Assembly: GCA_964403795.1 (NCBI GenBank) | Contig: CAYOHP010000001.1 | Coordinates: forward strand, 85,420-149,419 | Source: an uncultured bacterium | GTDB taxonomy: Bacteria > Muiribacteriota > UBA6191 > CAZXTJ01 > CAYOHP01 | Length of the DNA: 64,000 bases | Direction of reading: 5' to 3' | In this document: positions 43,822 to 52,889 of the stretch, one piece after another | How the letters are laid out: each line of letters starts with the position of its first letter | Numbering within the stretch: position 1 is the stretch's first letter | Translations under genes and position numbers: made by a program | The notes under the pieces: generated by a model | Told to the model about the DNA's origin: nothing | Seen by the model: the letters and a program-made list of their open reading frames with translations, nothing else | Database searches by the model: none

Positions 43822-44334
43822 CTACTTCACGTGCTCCACCAGCCGGTCCCGGTGGTCGTAGATCATGTGCCCGGCATTGGCGTACCCCCCGGCTCCCGAA
43901 ACCTTGCCGGCGGCGTGGTGGTGGTCGTAGACGATCAACCGCCCCTCGCGGACCACCTCGGGCAGGGGCCCCTCGGTCAGGGTCGGGGCCTCGATTCCGC
44001 CCCGCCCGTCGGGCCGCACCACGTGGCCCCCCACGTCCCCGATCAGGACCATCTCGCCGGGGCGGATCCTCAGGTTCTCGGCCAGGGTGGAGAGGCCCTC
44101 GGCCCCGGACCCCTGGGGCAGCGCCTCGAAGACCACGAAGCCCTGGCCGGGAGTCGCGGTCGCGACCGGGGCCGAACGGGGGATCTGGGGAGGCCCACTG
44201 CCTGCCCCCGTCCCCGTACCGGTGCCCAGGGCCCCGTCGTTCTGGGCCGGCACGGCCACCGCGAACGCGAGCGCCAGGAGCAGGGCGAGGGGAAGGCGGC
44301 CAGCCCGACGCGACACCCGAAGCGAGGAGACCAT
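43822..44334 (-). CDS. N-terminal 170 codons (signal peptide plus phosphoesterase-like motifs) of the interrupted gene
   Basis: MVSSLRVSRRAGRLPLALLLALAFAVAVPAQ signal peptide. LIGDVGGHVVRPDG and LIVYDHHH motifs. Ends at a TAG that is in frame with 65 sense codons leading into 40804-43626. Confidence 0.5.
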   Translation of the reverse strand: MVSSLRVSRRAGRLPLALLLALAFAVAVPAQNDGALGTGTGTGAGSGPPQIPRSAPVATATPGQGFVVFEALPQGSGAEGLSTLAENLRIRPGEMVLIGDVGGHVVRPDGRGGIEAPTLTEGPLPEVVREGRLIVYDHHHAAGKVSGAGGYANAGHMIYDHRDRLVEHVK

Positions 44335-44467
44335 CCACCCGTCCGTCCCGGTGGGCGCGGCGGGACCCCGACCACCGATTCCTGCCTACCGCCCGGCGGG
44401 GCCCCGGGTTGCATGTCCCCCCTCGACCCGGGCCCCGCCAGGGTCGACCCGGGGCACACTGGGTCCG

Positions 44468-45682
44468 ATGCAAGGTCCTCGGATCGCGCCCCTTCTCCTG
44501 GCCACGCTCTTCGCCCTGTTCCTGGCACCCGCTTCCCCGATTCGCGGCGAGGACGAGCGCCCCCGGCGGATCTTCGTCCGCGACCCGTTCGACGTGGGCG
44601 ACGACAAGGACCCCCGTCCCCTCGGCAAGCGGGTCCCGGTCCTCTTCGTCCACGGGATGTCCAAGGACTACCTGGCGGTCTCGAAGACCATCGATCTGGC
44701 CTTCAGCGCCCTGCACGGCAAGCTCGCCAAGCTCGACGAACGGGGCCAGGAGCCCTTCCGCACCGTGATGCCCCTCTACTACAACTACGCCCCCGACCGG
44801 GCCTACCCGGTGCTCGCCAACGAATTGGTCGAGGAGCTGAGGACCCGCTACCCCGCTCCCCATTACATCTTCGTGGTGCACAGCGCCGGCGCCCTGCTGG
44901 CCCGTCACGCCGCAGCCTCGATCAAGGTCGCGGCGGTGATCGGCATGGCGCCCGCCCACGGGGGCTCCCCCGGCGCCAGCCTGATGTACGCCAACGAGGC
45001 GGCCCGGTCGAAGGTCGGCGACGACCACTACGAGACCCTGGTGGCGACCCGCACGAACCTGGGAGTGCCCGACGAGACGGCCCGCAGCGTGGTCTGGGAG
45101 AACACCGACGGGGTGCTGACGCCGGAGGACCGGAAGCAGTTCGACATCCCGGTGCAGAGCCTCCCCCCCATGACCTATCCCCGTTACGACCACTACGGGG
45201 AACTCACCGAATACCGGGACACCTTCGGAGGTCTCTTCGGAGGAGGGGGCAAGGACTCCTCGCAACGGTGCTGGGCCGTGCTGGGGGCCTGGTCCCCCAG
45301 CTGGGCCCGTTCCGACAGCGTGGTGATCCCCTACCCGGAGCCCGCCGGGACCAAGGCCCCGGCCCCGGTCTGGAGCAAGACCTACCCCCAGGTGGCCCAT
45401 CGGGAGATCTTCCTGGAGGACCGGGTGGTCGACTCGGTCTGGGACCAGATCCAGGAGACGATCGCCCGGGTGGCCCCCGATGCCGGCTACGGGGACGAGG
45501 TCCGACTGGCGGCCAAGCCCCGTCCCCCCGTCCCCTCGAATCGCCCTTCCAGCTCCGAACCCTCCACGGCCCCGGATCCCGACCTGCCCGCCGAGCCCCT
45601 CGGCCCGGTCTCCCCGGCCCGAAGGTCCTGGATCTACTCCGATGGCCTCCACCAGCAGGCCGGAACCTGGGTGGCCCGATGA
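44468..45682 (+). CDS. secreted alpha/beta-hydrolase (lipase/esterase-like)
   Basis: Signal peptide MQGPRIAPLLLATLFALFLAPASP. Nucleophile elbow VVHSAGA. VLFVHGM oxyanion-region pattern. Confidence 0.6.
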   Translation: MQGPRIAPLLLATLFALFLAPASPIRGEDERPRRIFVRDPFDVGDDKDPRPLGKRVPVLFVHGMSKDYLAVSKTIDLAFSALHGKLAKLDERGQEPFRTVMPLYYNYAPDRAYPVLANELVEELRTRYPAPHYIFVVHSAGALLARHAAASIKVAAVIGMAPAHGGSPGASLMYANEAARSKVGDDHYETLVATRTNLGVPDETARSVVWENTDGVLTPEDRKQFDIPVQSLPPMTYPRYDHYGELTEYRDTFGGLFGGGGKDSSQRCWAVLGAWSPSWARSDSVVIPYPEPAGTKAPAPVWSKTYPQVAHREIFLEDRVVDSVWDQIQETIARVAPDAGYGDEVRLAAKPRPPVPSNRPSSSEPSTAPDPDLPAEPLGPVSPARRSWIYSDGLHQQAGTWVAR

Positions 45683-46953
45683 CCGACGACCCGACTCCCC
45701 ACCGCCGACTCTCCCGACGGAACTTCGTACGGGGCGGCCTCTCCCTGCTGGCCCTCCCCGGCCTCCCCCGCCTCGCCCTCTCCGAGGACCGCGCCGACCT
45801 CCCCGGCGCCAGGGACCCCAAGGTGGTCCTGGTCCAGTACGGCGGCTGCGTGCGCCGGCGGGAGACGATCCAGGAAGCCGGGACCACCCTCTCCCACTTC
45901 TTCTTCCACAACCTCCTGCCCCAGGGGACGCTCTACACCAGGGCCGAGAACCGGCTCATCACCGGCCATGCCCACGGAAGCCTCTACCTCTTCAGCGGGC
46001 GCTACCACGAGTACCCGGAGGGGCTCTTCACCGAGAAGCACTTCATCCCGGTGGCCCCGACCCTGGGCGAGCTCGCCAGGAAGCAGCTCGGGCTCGCCGA
46101 GCACGAGGTGGTGGTGGTCCACAACGAGCAGCTCGACACCGAGTTCCTGTGGGCGAGCCGCGATCCCGACCACGGTCCCCGCTACCGTCCCGGCCTGCTC
46201 TCGATCTACCGCCTGAGGCGCCGCATCCTCGAGGTCGACGTGCAGAAGACGAGAGCCCAGGTCGAGGCCGGGAGGGTCCATCCCGACGAACTCGCCAAGG
46301 TCGAGCAGAGCCTCGCCGAGCACCTCGCCAAGAGCTACCGCACCCCCGACGAGGCCTACCTCGACGACGGCCCCGAGATCCGGGCCTGGTGCGACCGTTT
46401 CCTGGCCCACTACGAACCGCCCGGCCAGCGCACCCGCGAAGACCTCGCCCCCAAGGGGTACTGGGAGAGCCTCTACAGCCTCTACGACCGCCTGCTCCCC
46501 CAGGGCGACCCGGGCTGGACCCTGATGGCGCTCCGGGCCCTCCGGGAGCTCAGACCCCGCATCCTCTCGGTCATCTACCGGGACGTCGACTACGTCCACT
46601 GGGGCCTTCCCTACCTCTACCGCAAGGGCATCCAGAACATGGACAAGGGCCTTTGGGAACTCGCCGAGTACCTCGACCACGACCCCTACTATCGCGACAA
46701 CACCTACCTGGTGGTGGTGCCGGAGGCAGGCCGCGACACCAGTCCCGCCAAGCGACTGCCCTTCCAGCACCACAGCCCCGACGATCCCGGGGCCCACGAG
46801 GTCTTCGTCTACGTGCGCGGCCCGGGAGTGGCGGCGGGCCGGCGCATCGACCGACCCGTCGACCTGGTGGATGTCCTCCCCACGATCGGGAAGCTGCTCG
46901 GCTTCACCGCGCCCCGGTCCGAGGGGAAGCTGCTCGAGGACCTGCTGGGATGA
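45679..46953 (+). CDS. Tat-secreted protein (twin-arginine signal), possibly DUF1501/sulfatase-like
   Basis: SRRNFVRGGLSLLALPG Tat motif. ATGA overlap with the upstream gene. Confidence 0.5.
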   Translation: MTDDPTPHRRLSRRNFVRGGLSLLALPGLPRLALSEDRADLPGARDPKVVLVQYGGCVRRRETIQEAGTTLSHFFFHNLLPQGTLYTRAENRLITGHAHGSLYLFSGRYHEYPEGLFTEKHFIPVAPTLGELARKQLGLAEHEVVVVHNEQLDTEFLWASRDPDHGPRYRPGLLSIYRLRRRILEVDVQKTRAQVEAGRVHPDELAKVEQSLAEHLAKSYRTPDEAYLDDGPEIRAWCDRFLAHYEPPGQRTREDLAPKGYWESLYSLYDRLLPQGDPGWTLMALRALRELRPRILSVIYRDVDYVHWGLPYLYRKGIQNMDKGLWELAEYLDHDPYYRDNTYLVVVPEAGRDTSPAKRLPFQHHSPDDPGAHEVFVYVRGPGVAAGRRIDRPVDLVDVLPTIGKLLGFTAPRSEGKLLEDLLG

Positions 46954-47825
46954 GCGACGCCGTCCCGCCGCCCGAGCCCCTCCCGCCTGCCAGCTGGCGT
47001 AACCTCGCCACCGCCATCCTGGCCGGAGGCACCCTGACGAGCTTCCCGTGGTCGGGACCGGCGTGGTTCCTGCGCCTCTGGGTCCTCGGCTGGATGCTCG
47101 AACTCTGCAGCCGGGTCGCCACCCACGGCCGGAGCGTCCGCTACCCGTCCTGGCGCCACCCCTGGCGGTACTTCCGACGCGGCCTCTCGTTCTTCCTGGA
47201 AGCCTTCCCCCTGCTCCTGCCCGGCAGCTTCCTGCTGCACTCGGGCTGGATCCTGGCCTGGGTCAACAGCTTCGAGAAGGTCCACGACTACAAGGCCTTC
47301 GCGTTCCTCACGGTGGTGACGGGGTTCCTCCTGCTGGCGCCCTGCTTCGTCTTCCTGCCGCTGGCCACCGTGCATGCCGCGGTCCATCCCCGGACCCAGG
47401 CCTGCTGGCGGGTCGAGGAGGTCCGGGCCCTGGCGCGGGCCCTCCCGCTCAGCTACGGTCCCCTGCTGCTCCTCACCTACTTCACCTGGCTCCCGATGCA
47501 GCTCCTCCGCCAACCCATCCTCCAGAATGCCGGCGGCTTCCTGGTGGTGGGCTGGCTGGGCTTCTCGGTAGCCCTCGCCCAGAAGCTCCTCTGGGCCCGC
47601 CACTACGCGGCCGCCTCCCGGGCCCTCGCCGAGGGCCGCACCGCCGGCCCCTGGACCCGACGCCTCTCGAACGTCCCCATCTGGACCCTGGCCGTGCTCT
47701 ACGGCTTCGGGCTCATGGTCGTGCAATTCGTCATGTGGAACTCCGGCTGGGAGTGGTTCTCCCACTTCCTGTTCCTGCTCCCCGGCGTCCCCGCCCCGCT
47801 CGGGGGGCCCAGCGTCCACTGGTGA
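46950..47825 (+). CDS. polytopic membrane protein of unknown function
   Basis: ATGA overlap. Multiple hydrophobic helices (WFLRLWVLGWML, FLLLAPCFVFLPLA, WTLAVLYGFGLMVVQFVMW). Confidence 0.5.
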   Translation: MSDAVPPPEPLPPASWRNLATAILAGGTLTSFPWSGPAWFLRLWVLGWMLELCSRVATHGRSVRYPSWRHPWRYFRRGLSFFLEAFPLLLPGSFLLHSGWILAWVNSFEKVHDYKAFAFLTVVTGFLLLAPCFVFLPLATVHAAVHPRTQACWRVEEVRALARALPLSYGPLLLLTYFTWLPMQLLRQPILQNAGGFLVVGWLGFSVALAQKLLWARHYAAASRALAEGRTAGPWTRRLSNVPIWTLAVLYGFGLMVVQFVMWNSGWEWFSHFLFLLPGVPAPLGGPSVHW

Positions 47826-47831
47826 GGCGGG

Positions 47832-49211
47832 TCAGAGACCGTGCCGGCTGCACCCGATCTTCCGACGCTCGCTCGTCCAGGTGCCGCCCTCCGGACAGCG
47901 GGGGAAGGCTGCCCGCGGCGCCCCGGCCCCCAGGGCGCGGACCATGGACTCCGGATCCTCCCGGAGCAGGACGTCGAACTCGCGCTCGAACCCCGCCCTG
48001 GCCGCCTCCAGTTCCCGGCGACGGCGCAGGCACTCCTGGGGCAGGAAGTCCGAAGGCGAGGGCGTGGTCCCTCGGGGACCGGGGTCGACCCCCGCTCGCG
48101 CCGCCCTGGCCAAGCGAGGAGCCATGGCCCATGGGAAGCTGACCGCCACGGTGCGAGCGACCTCCACCTCCAGGCGGCGGCGCAGCGGTGCCGCCACCAG
48201 GTCCTCGGGATGGCGGCCTCCGTCCGACCGTCCGTCCTCCCCGGCGCTCACCAGCAGGGGCTCGCCGGCGACCATCCGGTAGCGGATCCTGCCCCGGGAG
48301 AGGGGATCGTTGGGCAGGTCCTCCTCCACGCCCGCGGGATCGGGCCACCGGCCTTCCCTGGCGCGCCTCCCGACCAGCGTCGCCGCGGCCCTCGCCAGGG
48401 CGATCGAAGCCTCCAGACGACCGACGAGGATCCCGACCCCTCTGAGCAGGGGCACGTCGTCCACTGCCCCCAGGCGTCGCGAGAAACGACCCGCCAGGGT
48501 GTCGATCCTGGGCCTGGCCTCGTGGTCGAGGAGCGAGGCCGGCGTCTCCGCCAGCCGGGCCGAGAACCACTCCAGGTGGTCGCCGAATTCCCTGCGGGCC
48601 TCCGGATCCGCGACCACCGCCTCGAACCGGCGCCGGATCCGGGCCAGGGCCCCGGGGAGCCGGGACGCGGTCAGGGCCCCGGCGGCCGCCGATTCGACCA
48701 CCCGCACCATCCGGTCCGCGGCCTCGCGACGCAGGGCGCCCGAGAGGAGGGTGCCGGCGAGGTCCGTGTAGGCCCGGCTCCCGATCGCCAGCCCGGTGGC
48801 CAGGTCCCGGGTCGACTCGACCCCGGTCCCGAACCCGACCGCCAGATGGAGGGCCCGCAGGCGATGGAGCAGGGCCTCCCGGGAGTCGCCGGCCAGCTCC
48901 CTCAGGGTCGAGAGGCAGGCGAGTTCGGAGACCAGCACCTCGAGCCCCTCGACCTCCAGATCGAGCCGCGCCTCCTCGGCCCCGAACGGTCGGGTCGGCA
49001 CCTCCGCGACCAGCCGCGCCTCCAGCTCGGACCTCTCGTCCAGGTACTCCCTCGCCAGCGCCGGGCTGGCCTCCAGGAGCTCGCCGGGAGCAGGGACCTC
49101 GTCCCCGGCCTGGATCGCGGCCCCCAGGCTCCGGAACCCGGCACGGGCCTCGCCCACCCCCAGGGAGGAGACGAGCGCCGCGACCAGGACCAGCTTCGGG
49201 AGGACCCGCAT
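47832..49211 (-). CDS. secreted hypothetical protein (459 aa)
   Basis: Signal peptide MRVLPKLVLVAALVSSLGVGEARA. Confidence 0.45.
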   Translation of the reverse strand: MRVLPKLVLVAALVSSLGVGEARAGFRSLGAAIQAGDEVPAPGELLEASPALAREYLDERSELEARLVAEVPTRPFGAEEARLDLEVEGLEVLVSELACLSTLRELAGDSREALLHRLRALHLAVGFGTGVESTRDLATGLAIGSRAYTDLAGTLLSGALRREAADRMVRVVESAAAGALTASRLPGALARIRRRFEAVVADPEARREFGDHLEWFSARLAETPASLLDHEARPRIDTLAGRFSRRLGAVDDVPLLRGVGILVGRLEASIALARAAATLVGRRAREGRWPDPAGVEEDLPNDPLSRGRIRYRMVAGEPLLVSAGEDGRSDGGRHPEDLVAAPLRRRLEVEVARTVAVSFPWAMAPRLARAARAGVDPGPRGTTPSPSDFLPQECLRRRRELEAARAGFEREFDVLLREDPESMVRALGAGAPRAAFPRCPEGGTWTSERRKIGCSRHGL

Positions 49212-49270
49212 CCCCTGGAGGGTACCGGAGTGCCGTCCCGAGGGTTCCCATCCCGGGTCGATCCACTATC

Positions 49271-50656
49271 ATGTCCCGGATGCCGTCCCTGGCCTCCCTG
49301 GTTCTCGCCTGCTTCCTGGTCCTGGCGGCCTGCCCGGTCCGCGCCGAGGAGGTGACGGTCCCCCCTGGCTTCCTCTGGGGCGCGGCCACCGCCGCCCATC
49401 AGGTCGAGGGCGGCAACACCCGGAGCGACTGGTGGGAGTGGGAGCAGCTCCCCGGCAAGATCAAGCACGGCGACCGGTCGGGAGCCGCCTGCGAGCACTA
49501 CCAGCGCTACGAGAGCGACCTCGACCGGTTGAAGGCGGTAGGCGCCAACTCCTATCGCTTCTCGCTCGAGTGGGCCCGGATCGAACCCGAGGAGGGCCGC
49601 TTCGACCCGGTCGAGATCGCCCACTACCGGGCCGTGCTCCAGGCCTGCCGGGACCGGGGTCTCGTCCCCATGGTCACGCTCTTCCACTTCACCCTGCCCA
49701 AGTGGTTCGCCGACAAGGGCGGCTTCGGCACCCACCGCAGCGTGAAGCGCTTCGAGCGCTACGCCCGGCGCATGGGATCCGAGCTGGGCGACCTGGTCGA
49801 CCTCTGGTGCACCGTCAACGAGCCCGCGGTCTACCTGGCCGCCGCCTACCTGGGAGCGGTCTTCCCACCCCAGAAGCAGAGCTTCCGGGCCTTCGGCTGG
49901 GCCTTCGTGAACCTGCTCAGGGCCCACCGCCGCGGCTATCGGGCCCTCCATGAGACCGACCGGACCGATGCCGACGGCGACGGGACCGACGCCTCGGTCG
50001 GGATCGCCAAGCACATGCGGATCTTCGACCCCTGGGACCCGGGGTCGATCAAGGACCGGGCCATCGCCCGGACCCTCGACACCGTCTTCAACCAGGCCTT
50101 CCTGGTGGGAAGCCTGCTCGGGAGGGTCCGCTTCTCGCTCCCCGACGAGGACGAAGTCCGCTTCGTCGACGACGACCGGGCAGCGGGCACCCTCGACTAC
50201 TTCGGCCTGAACTACTACTCCCGGGACATGGTCCGCTTCGACCCGTCGCACCCCGGCGGTTTCGAGCGGAAGATCCCGGAGGGTGCCCCGGTCAACGACA
50301 TGGGGTGGGAGATCTACCCCGAGGGCTTCTACCGCCTGCTCCGGCGAGCCGGCAAGTTCGGCCTACCGGTCTACGTGACGGAGAACGGGATCGCCGACGC
50401 CGCCGACTCCCGCCGCGCCGACTTCCTGCGGACCCACCTCTCGGCCATGGGTCGCGCCCTGCGCGAGGGCGTGGACGTGCGGGGATACTTCCACTGGTCG
50501 CTGATGGACAACTTCGAATGGGCCGAGGGCTACGAGCCGCGCTTCGGTCTCTACGCCATGGACTACGCCACCCAGACCAGGACCCTGCGCGCCGGTGCCC
50601 AGGTCTTCACGGAGGCCGCGACCTCGGGGCGGATCCCGATCCTTCCCTCGCCCTGA
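49271..50656 (+). CDS. secreted glycoside hydrolase family 1 (beta-glucosidase)
   Basis: FLWGAATAAHQVEG. TVNEP acid/base. YVTENG nucleophile. Signal peptide. Confidence 0.85.
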   Translation: MSRMPSLASLVLACFLVLAACPVRAEEVTVPPGFLWGAATAAHQVEGGNTRSDWWEWEQLPGKIKHGDRSGAACEHYQRYESDLDRLKAVGANSYRFSLEWARIEPEEGRFDPVEIAHYRAVLQACRDRGLVPMVTLFHFTLPKWFADKGGFGTHRSVKRFERYARRMGSELGDLVDLWCTVNEPAVYLAAAYLGAVFPPQKQSFRAFGWAFVNLLRAHRRGYRALHETDRTDADGDGTDASVGIAKHMRIFDPWDPGSIKDRAIARTLDTVFNQAFLVGSLLGRVRFSLPDEDEVRFVDDDRAAGTLDYFGLNYYSRDMVRFDPSHPGGFERKIPEGAPVNDMGWEIYPEGFYRLLRRAGKFGLPVYVTENGIADAADSRRADFLRTHLSAMGRALREGVDVRGYFHWSLMDNFEWAEGYEPRFGLYAMDYATQTRTLRAGAQVFTEAATSGRIPILPSP

Positions 50657-50722
50657 GCCGCATCGCCCCGTTCCCGCGAGCCGCGCTAGGATCGCCCCCT
50701 CACGACCCGAGGAGTCCCCTGC

Positions 50723-52384
50723 ATGTCGCCCCGTCGGTTCCCCGGTCCCTGGCTCGCACTCCTGCTGGCGGTCTCGGCCCGCCCCGACGCGTCCTACGTT
50801 CCCGAGAACCGGGATCGCCAGCCGGGGCCCCGGGCCCTGGCCGCGGCCGGTCGCGCCGATCCCGGGGACTTCCTCGACCGCTTCGCCCGCTCCTGGGTGA
50901 AGGGCCTCTCCGGGGACCTGGTCTTCGTGAGCCGGCCCGGCGTGTTCTTCACCATGCGGGCCTATCCCCGGAACCACGGCTCGATCTGGGCCTACGACAG
51001 CGAGATCCCGCTCTTCTTCTACGGCCCCGGCCAGGTCCGTCCCGGACGTCATACCGACCCGGAGGCCCGGAGCTACGACATCCCCGCGACCCTGGCCGCC
51101 ATGGTCGGGATCGACCCGCCCCCGGGTAGCACCGGCAAGGCCCACCTCCGGATCCAGGCCGCCCGCCGGAGCGCCCCCAGGGCCCTGCTCGTGGTGGTGC
51201 TCGACCAGGTCGGTTCGCTCGACCTGGAACGCTTCGCCGACCGTCTCCCCAACTTGGCCCGCTGGCGCGCCCGGGGCGCCGACTTCACCCCCGTGAAGAT
51301 CGACTCCATGCCGACCTACACCATCGTCAGCCACTCCGGGATCTCCACCGGTGCACCGCCATACCTGCACGGGGTGATCCACAACGTCCTGCCCGACGCG
51401 GGTCGCAGGACGTTCCGTACCGCCTTCCGCCCCCCACCCGGGAAGCTCTCGGCCGGCGACCTGCGCCTCCCGACCTTCGCCGACGTCCTCGACCTGCACT
51501 TCGACAACCGGTCCGTGGTCCTGACCCAGATCTACGCCGACTACGCGGCCCTGGCGGTCACCGGGCACGGTGCCGACCATCCCGGCGGGGACAAGGACCT
51601 GGTGGTCTGGTACGACACCTACCAGGGCCGGCCCACCACCGAGGAAGGCCTGTTCGCGCTCCCCGGAACCCTGCGGGGACGCTCCACCGAAGGCCTGATC
51701 CGGAGCCGCGGCGGGACCTGGGACGGCGAGGGCAAGGGGAGCACGACCGTCGATCCCAAGCTCTTCTACAAGGTGACCCGGACGCCCTGGTTCGCCCGCT
51801 GGGAGGCCGACAACGTCCTCGAGGCCATGATCCGGGAGAAGGTCGGGAAGGACGACGTCCCCGACCTGGTGAGCGTCAACCTGAAGTCGACCGACGCCCT
51901 GGGCCATCACGAGGGTCATGACCACCCCGGCTACCTGGCCTGCCTCCAGGAGGTCGACCGTTTCCTGGGGGCCGTGGAACATCTCCTCGATCGCCAGGCC
52001 GGGCCCGGACGATGGGTGGGCGTGGTGACCGCCGACCACGGCATGGTCCCCGACGACGGTCTCGCCCGCTACTACGACGACCTGGTGCGCTGGCTCGGGG
52101 AGCGGATCGACGCCCTGGGGAACCGGGACGGGCGGCATCCGGTGGCCGGCGCCGAGGCCTACCAGCTGCTCCTGGACCCGACCCGCCTGGCGGAGGAGGG
52201 GATCGGCGTCGAGCGCATCCGGGACCTCCTGCTCGAGGACCCGCACGTGCTCCATGCATGGACCGGAGACCAGGTCCGGCAACGGGCCTACGAACTCGGG
52301 TTCGTGGATCGGGACGGCGAGCCGCGACGCCCGGAGCGCCGCCCACCCGCACCACCCGAGGGCCGGGTCCCGGTACAGCCGTAG
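50723..52384 (+). CDS. alkaline-phosphatase-superfamily phosphodiesterase/nucleotide pyrophosphatase-like enzyme
   Basis: VVTADHGM, GHHEGHDHPGY and DSMPTYT (nucleophile region) motifs. N-terminal signal-like segment. Confidence 0.65.
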   Translation: MSPRRFPGPWLALLLAVSARPDASYVPENRDRQPGPRALAAAGRADPGDFLDRFARSWVKGLSGDLVFVSRPGVFFTMRAYPRNHGSIWAYDSEIPLFFYGPGQVRPGRHTDPEARSYDIPATLAAMVGIDPPPGSTGKAHLRIQAARRSAPRALLVVVLDQVGSLDLERFADRLPNLARWRARGADFTPVKIDSMPTYTIVSHSGISTGAPPYLHGVIHNVLPDAGRRTFRTAFRPPPGKLSAGDLRLPTFADVLDLHFDNRSVVLTQIYADYAALAVTGHGADHPGGDKDLVVWYDTYQGRPTTEEGLFALPGTLRGRSTEGLIRSRGGTWDGEGKGSTTVDPKLFYKVTRTPWFARWEADNVLEAMIREKVGKDDVPDLVSVNLKSTDALGHHEGHDHPGYLACLQEVDRFLGAVEHLLDRQAGPGRWVGVVTADHGMVPDDGLARYYDDLVRWLGERIDALGNRDGRHPVAGAEAYQLLLDPTRLAEEGIGVERIRDLLLEDPHVLHAWTGDQVRQRAYELGFVDRDGEPRRPERRPPAPPEGRVPVQP

Positions 52385-52854
52385 GTGGCGCAGCCTCCGG
52401 CATAGGCCCAGCACTCCCGGTGCAGGCCCACCTCGCACTCCCGGCAGGTCTCCACCGGGGCCCGCAGGTCCTCGCCGCAGACCCCGCACAGACCCTCCCC
52501 CATGACCAGCTCGTCGGAGAGGTTCCCGGTCGCTTCCCGGCGCAACCAGATGCCCCGCATCCAACGCGCCTGGACCCCGCTCCCCTTGAGCACGTCGAGC
52601 CGCAGGGTGACGAGGCGACGGGGGAGCGCCGAGATCCAGGGCTCCTCCGGGAGCGGGAGGGCCAGCGCCAGGTTCCGGGCCACCTCCCCGGGACGAGGGA
52701 GCAGCGCCCGCCGGACTTCGCGGATCTCTTCCCACCGGTCCCCGGAGCGGAACCGCAGGGTCCCGGCGACCTCGACCCGGGATCCGGCCAGGCGAGGGTT
52801 GGCTTCCAGCGCCACGGAGGCCAGCACCGCAGGGGGCGAGCGGGTCCAGGCCAC
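52288..52854 (-). CDS. hypothetical protein with a C-terminal C4HC3 (PHD/RING-like) zinc-binding signature
   Basis: GTG at 52854. CGVCGEDLRAPVETCRECEVGLHRECWAYAGGCATYGC. This is the only coding-like part of a longer antisense ORF. Confidence 0.35.
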   Translation of the reverse strand: MAWTRSPPAVLASVALEANPRLAGSRVEVAGTLRFRSGDRWEEIREVRRALLPRPGEVARNLALALPLPEEPWISALPRRLVTLRLDVLKGSGVQARWMRGIWLRREATGNLSDELVMGEGLCGVCGEDLRAPVETCRECEVGLHRECWAYAGGCATYGCTGTRPSGGAGGRRSGRRGSPSRSTNPSS

Positions 52855-52889
52855 CCTCCAGCGGGGAGGCTCGGCGAACCGGATCCCGC

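Noticed and set aside
43825-43834. TTCACGTG core, resembling half of a parS site
   Set aside because: The flanks do not match TGTTnCACGTGAAACA. It lies inside coding sequence at the amber-codon junction.
44395-44412. GGGGCC-N5-TTGC, a sigma-54-like element upstream of the lipase-like gene
   Set aside because: The -24 box is poor (only GG and one C conserved), below the quality of the three promoters reported.
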